Shown: positions 60,244 through 64,000 of the stretch, in pieces
How positions within the stretch are numbered: the first letter of the stretch is position 1
How the letters are laid out: each line of letters begins with the position of its first letter
Source of the DNA: an uncultured Verrucomicrobiae bacterium
Lineage (GTDB): Bacteria > Verrucomicrobiota > Verrucomicrobiia > Limisphaerales > Palsa-1400
NCBI GenBank assembly: GCA_963707025.1
Contig: CAVPOM010000015.1
Coordinates: 96,001 to 160,000 of the forward strand
Length of the DNA: 64,000 bases
Reading direction: 5' to 3'
The notes under the pieces: model-generated
Database searches by the model: none
What the model was told of the DNA's origin: nothing
The model's input: only the letters and a program-made list of their open reading frames with translations
Made by a program: the position numbers and the translations under genes

Positions 60244-60956
60244 AACGCAACACGCTTATGAATCGTTGGATAAAGCGGGTCTTGTGGGGTCTGGTGGCAC
60301 TGGTGATGGCGCTGGTGGCATTCGTGGCTTATTGTTGGCACTTCTATCCCGCCCATCAGCACTGTATCAAAGAGAGCGGAGTACTCCTTCATTTTTACGA
60401 GGAAGCTCATAATGGGCAGCTTCCCTTTGACACGAACGGTTTCGGCGACGCCTTGATGTTGTTGCTCAAGGGCACAAACGGTGATGCAGAGAACTGGCCT
60501 TTCTTCACAGGTGTCGGCGACGATGGCAGTGTCTTTCGAGCCGCTCTGGTTTCCAGTGCCCATATCCCGGAGGAGAAGTGCAGCCGTGTTTATGTCCAGG
60601 GCTTGAGCGAAACGAACGACCACAACATTGCGATTTTGTTTGACCGATATTCGTCCCCGGGCGGCGACCATTTCCGCCGCCCGTGGGGTCCGATGGTGCG
60701 CGAGGTTTGCCTGCTGGACGGCTCGATGCAGATCGTTGCGGAAGCAGATTGGTCCCGGTTTTCCAGCAACCAGATCGAACTCCTGGTCCAAAACGGCGTC
60801 CCGCGACCCACCGCCCAACACTGCTACGCTTTGACAAAACATGGAACGCGTTATCGTCAATACTATTATTGTCTGCCCCGCCATCTTCTGAACTCTGCCG
60901 CCAGACCGTCTTCTACGGATTTCTTATTTGGAAGAAGCGGCAGGCGGGGCCAATGA
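60240..60956 (+). CDS. Hypothetical membrane-anchored protein, pilin-like C-terminal motif
   Basis: N-terminal TM; DH...EVCLLDGS resembles the H-Xn-DG motif of PVC prepilin-type proteins; GTGA overlap with the upstream gene. Confidence 0.55.
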   Translation: MKRNTLMNRWIKRVLWGLVALVMALVAFVAYCWHFYPAHQHCIKESGVLLHFYEEAHNGQLPFDTNGFGDALMLLLKGTNGDAENWPFFTGVGDDGSVFRAALVSSAHIPEEKCSRVYVQGLSETNDHNIAILFDRYSSPGGDHFRRPWGPMVREVCLLDGSMQIVAEADWSRFSSNQIELLVQNGVPRPTAQHCYALTKHGTRYRQYYYCLPRHLLNSAARPSSTDFLFGRSGRRGQ

Positions 60957-63900
60957 GAACGATGACGCAACAGTTGCCGCCGTTGGTGGTGACGGAGTTG
61001 GTGGCCGGCGACCAGGAAATCGGCGGCGCGAGATTTGTTGTCGTGTATAAATGGCAGTTTTGCGCCCACGCCGGCCAGGTCAGCGCCATGGCGCCCGGCG
61101 CCGACGGCGCCGCCGCGAGCCACAGGGGCCAGGCGCTTACGGTCATCGTGTTTGTCACCGAGGCGGCGCCATCCGAGGCCACCAAAGTGGCGGTGTAGGC
61201 GCCGTTGGCCGCGTAGGTATGCGGCGGATTCTGCAAGGTGGAGGTTGCGCCATCGCCGAATGTCCACAAGTAGGTGTAAGTGGGAACCCCGATGAACTCG
61301 AGCTCATCTAATTGCATGCAGGAGGCGGAGGGCGCATTGGAGACGCTGTTATCTGGAACCGGTAGATGTTGTAGGCCGCCGGGTTGGTGGTCGTGTAAGT
61401 CAGCTTTTGCTCGGAGGCGGTGAAGCTCTGGTTGGTCTGAATATCCAAGGTGGTCCAATTGGTGCCGCCGTTGTTCGAGCCGAGCAGGCGCCAGTTCATC
61501 GGGTTGCGCGCGGGGTAGCTGGCGGCGTCGTTGCCGGAGGTAATGGTGTATTGTGACACCAAGCACTGCGCGTTGTTGGCGTACTGATATTGGATCCAAC
61601 TGGAGCGTGTGGCCGGATCAGCATTGGCGAAATCCAGCCATTTGGTCGTGAGGTTGTCGTCCAACGCATTGGCTATGACCTCGTTGGGCGGGTTATCCCC
61701 TTGCGCGGTGACGGCGCCATAGTGGTCGTCGGTCGTGTCGTAAGGCGTTCTGGCTCCGTTGCCGCCGGCCGCCTGGCCGGTGAACTGAACCAGGAGCGGG
61801 AAGGCGCCGTTGGTGGGTGTCGCCGCCGCCGTGGCGGCCAGGGGCGCGCCGACCGTGATCAGGGTCGTATTGGTCCCGGTGTAGATGCCGCAGGCAACTC
61901 CCAGAGTCACCAGATAAGTTCCATTGTTGCTGTAAGTGTGCTGCGGGTTTTGCGCGGTGGAAGTCGTGCCATCGCCAAAGGACCAGAAGTAGGAATAGGA
62001 TTGCGCGCCGAGCAACTGAATTTCATCCAACTGCACCGAGTTCGCCGCGGGCGCGTTGGAGACACTGTCAATTTGCAACCGGTATATGTTATAGGCGCCG
62101 GGGGTGGCGATATTCCACGCCAGCGTTTGCTCCGAAGCGGTGAAGCTCTGGTTGGTCTGGATATCCAGGGTGGTCCAATTGGTGCCTCCATTGTTCGAGC
62201 CGAGCAGGCGCCAGTTCATCGGGTTGCGCGCCGGGTTGCTGGCCGCATCGTTGCCCGAGGTGAGGGTGTAATTGGTGACCACCTGCTGCAAGTTGTTGGC
62301 GTATTGGTATTGAATCCAACTGGAGCGTGTGGCCGGATGAGCATTGGCGAAATCCAGCCATTTGGTGGTGAGGTCGTCGTCGAACGCATTGGCCATGACT
62401 TCGTTGGGCGGGTTATCCCCTTGCGCCGTGATGGTTCCCTGGTGGTTATCGGTCGTATCCCAAGCTCCGACCGCCGGCGCGCCGCTTCCCTGGCCGCTGA
62501 ACTGAACGGTGAGCGGCGCGTTGGGGCCGCTGCCCGGCATGGCGGTCACGGCCACAGTCAACCCGGGCAGGACTGTCAAGGCCAGCATGGCCTGGCCCGT
62601 CCCGCCATGATTGTCTGTCACCGTCAACAGAAGGCTGTTGGTGCCGATGGGCAGAGTCACGACGGGGTTGGGTCCGGTCGCCAGCACCGTCCCGTTTTCG
62701 GACCAGACATAGGAGACAATCGTTCCGTCAGGATCGGCCGAGCCGCTGCCGTTCAAGGTGACCGTCGCCGTCGTGCCTCCCGGACCCGCGTTGATGGTTT
62801 GGTTCGGGCCGGCCACGGCCCAGGGGAGCTGAGGCTGCGCCAGCGGACCGGCGGCGGCGGCGGTGTCCGGCGTGGTGTTGGTCGTCAGCGTCATGGCGAA
62901 GATGCGGAGGTTGGGTGCGTTGGGCAGCAGCAGCGAATTGGCGTTGGCCGGCAGGTCAAGACGATATTTGAACAGGTAACAGAAATTGTAGGCATCATTG
63001 GCGCCGCTGCCGTCATGCCGGTGCGTGCAGACCCACGCGACCTCGTCACTGGTCACGGAGGGCGGGCACCACTGTCCAATGAAGCCTGTAAAATAGCCGA
63101 CGGTCAGGTTGGTGGTCTGGCCATTGACGGTGAAGGCGCCGGTGGCGGCATTGGAGGCGGCGGCGGCGAGGAGATAAAGATGATCGCAGCCGGCGCCGTT
63201 GAAGGAAATGGTTTGGCCGGTGCAGGACAGAGCGTTGAAGGCGCCGTCGTTGGTCGGACCGATTTGGAACGTCACCCCATCCCGCAGGATGGTTGCCGGC
63301 ATCAACTCGGCTGGATAGGTGTAGCCGCTGTCGAAATTGCCGTCGGTCCGGTTTCCGTCCGTCGAGATGGCGTCCAGGTTGTAGGGCAGGGTCACGGGCG
63401 CGCTGACGGGCTTGGCCAGCAGCGCGCCAGGCGGCGCCACCGTCAGCGCCAAGGTCAGGGGCGAGTACGCTCCCAGCGCGACGGTGAGGGTTCCACCGGC
63501 AGGTGTCAGCGCGGCCAGCGGGCTTTCCGTTCCCGTGACCTGGCGCGCGGCGGTGATGGCGCCGGCGCAAGTCAAGGTGGCGTTCTGGGCCTGCCCCGCC
63601 AATTCTTGCAGGCGCACGATGATTTCGCTGCTGTTCTCGGCTTTCTTGATCGCCTTGACCATGACGTTGGTGTTGTTGCAGAAAAGGAACCCGAAGGTTC
63701 TGCCCAAAGTTCCCGCATGCGGGAGCGTCTGAAAGGCCTGGAGGGGCTGGTTCAAGCGCGCCGCCACCCACGGCGACGGGCCGCTGCGCCAGTCGTTGGT
63801 GTGGCCCAGGACGGCGAAGGTGAAGCGGTGGGTGCCGATGCTGTTGGTGGCCTGGTAGGGGCCATAGCCGCTGGCGCCGGGATCGGGTGTATGAAAAATA

Positions 63901-64000
63901 CTCAGGCGCAGCGTGCTGTTGTCCGGTTTGTCCCAGCCATACTTGCAGTCGTTGAGGATGCTGACGCCGTAGGCGCCATTGGAGCCGGTCAGGTCCGCCC
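60913..64000 (-). CDS. GH38 alpha-mannosidase-like protein, C-terminal part with PKD and discoidin-like modules (5' end outside window; frameshift near 61350)
   Basis: Minus strand near 63900-63970 reads ILNDCKYGWDKPDNSTLRL; KAIKKAENSSEIIVRLQE; WSFGDG/WTFGDG PKD motifs. Confidence 0.8.

Overview
GC-rich bacterial chromosomal window, probably Verrucomicrobiota (Pedosphaera/Limisphaera-like). This is inferred from protein families, C-terminal 'F(F/Y)R/QI' modules on secreted enzymes and the intergenic repeat style. Positions 1-2490 look like the right end of an integrative island bounded by a 3' fragment of tRNA-Arg(TCT). The most interesting locus is a five-gene, overlap-coupled operon at 3114-8767 (- strand): a KamA-family radical-SAM/PLP 2,3-aminomutase, a two-subunit 3-oxoacid CoA-transferase (PcaI/PcaJ-like), a class-III beta-amino-acid-type aminotransferase and a PcaF-like thiolase. 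Together they predict an amino-acid catabolic route (alpha-amino acid -> beta-amino acid -> beta-keto acid -> CoA ester -> acetyl-CoA + acyl-CoA) that I do not recognise as characterised; 2-aminoadipate feeding the 3-oxoadipate lower pathway is the leading guess. Accessory DNA includes an internally deleted group II intron inserted in a 9-bp repeat, an XRE/S24 repressor with an N6 methyltransferase broken by a truncated IS3, a BstEII-like type II R-M pair, an IS4 element carrying a divergent accessory gene, and a VapC/Phd toxin-antitoxin pair. The rest is housekeeping and carbohydrate genes (proB, accD, glgP, trxA, pit, GH127, GH42-like, GH38). At least six otherwise intact genes carry small frameshifts, most likely assembly errors. 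All family calls are by-eye motif recognition, not database searches.
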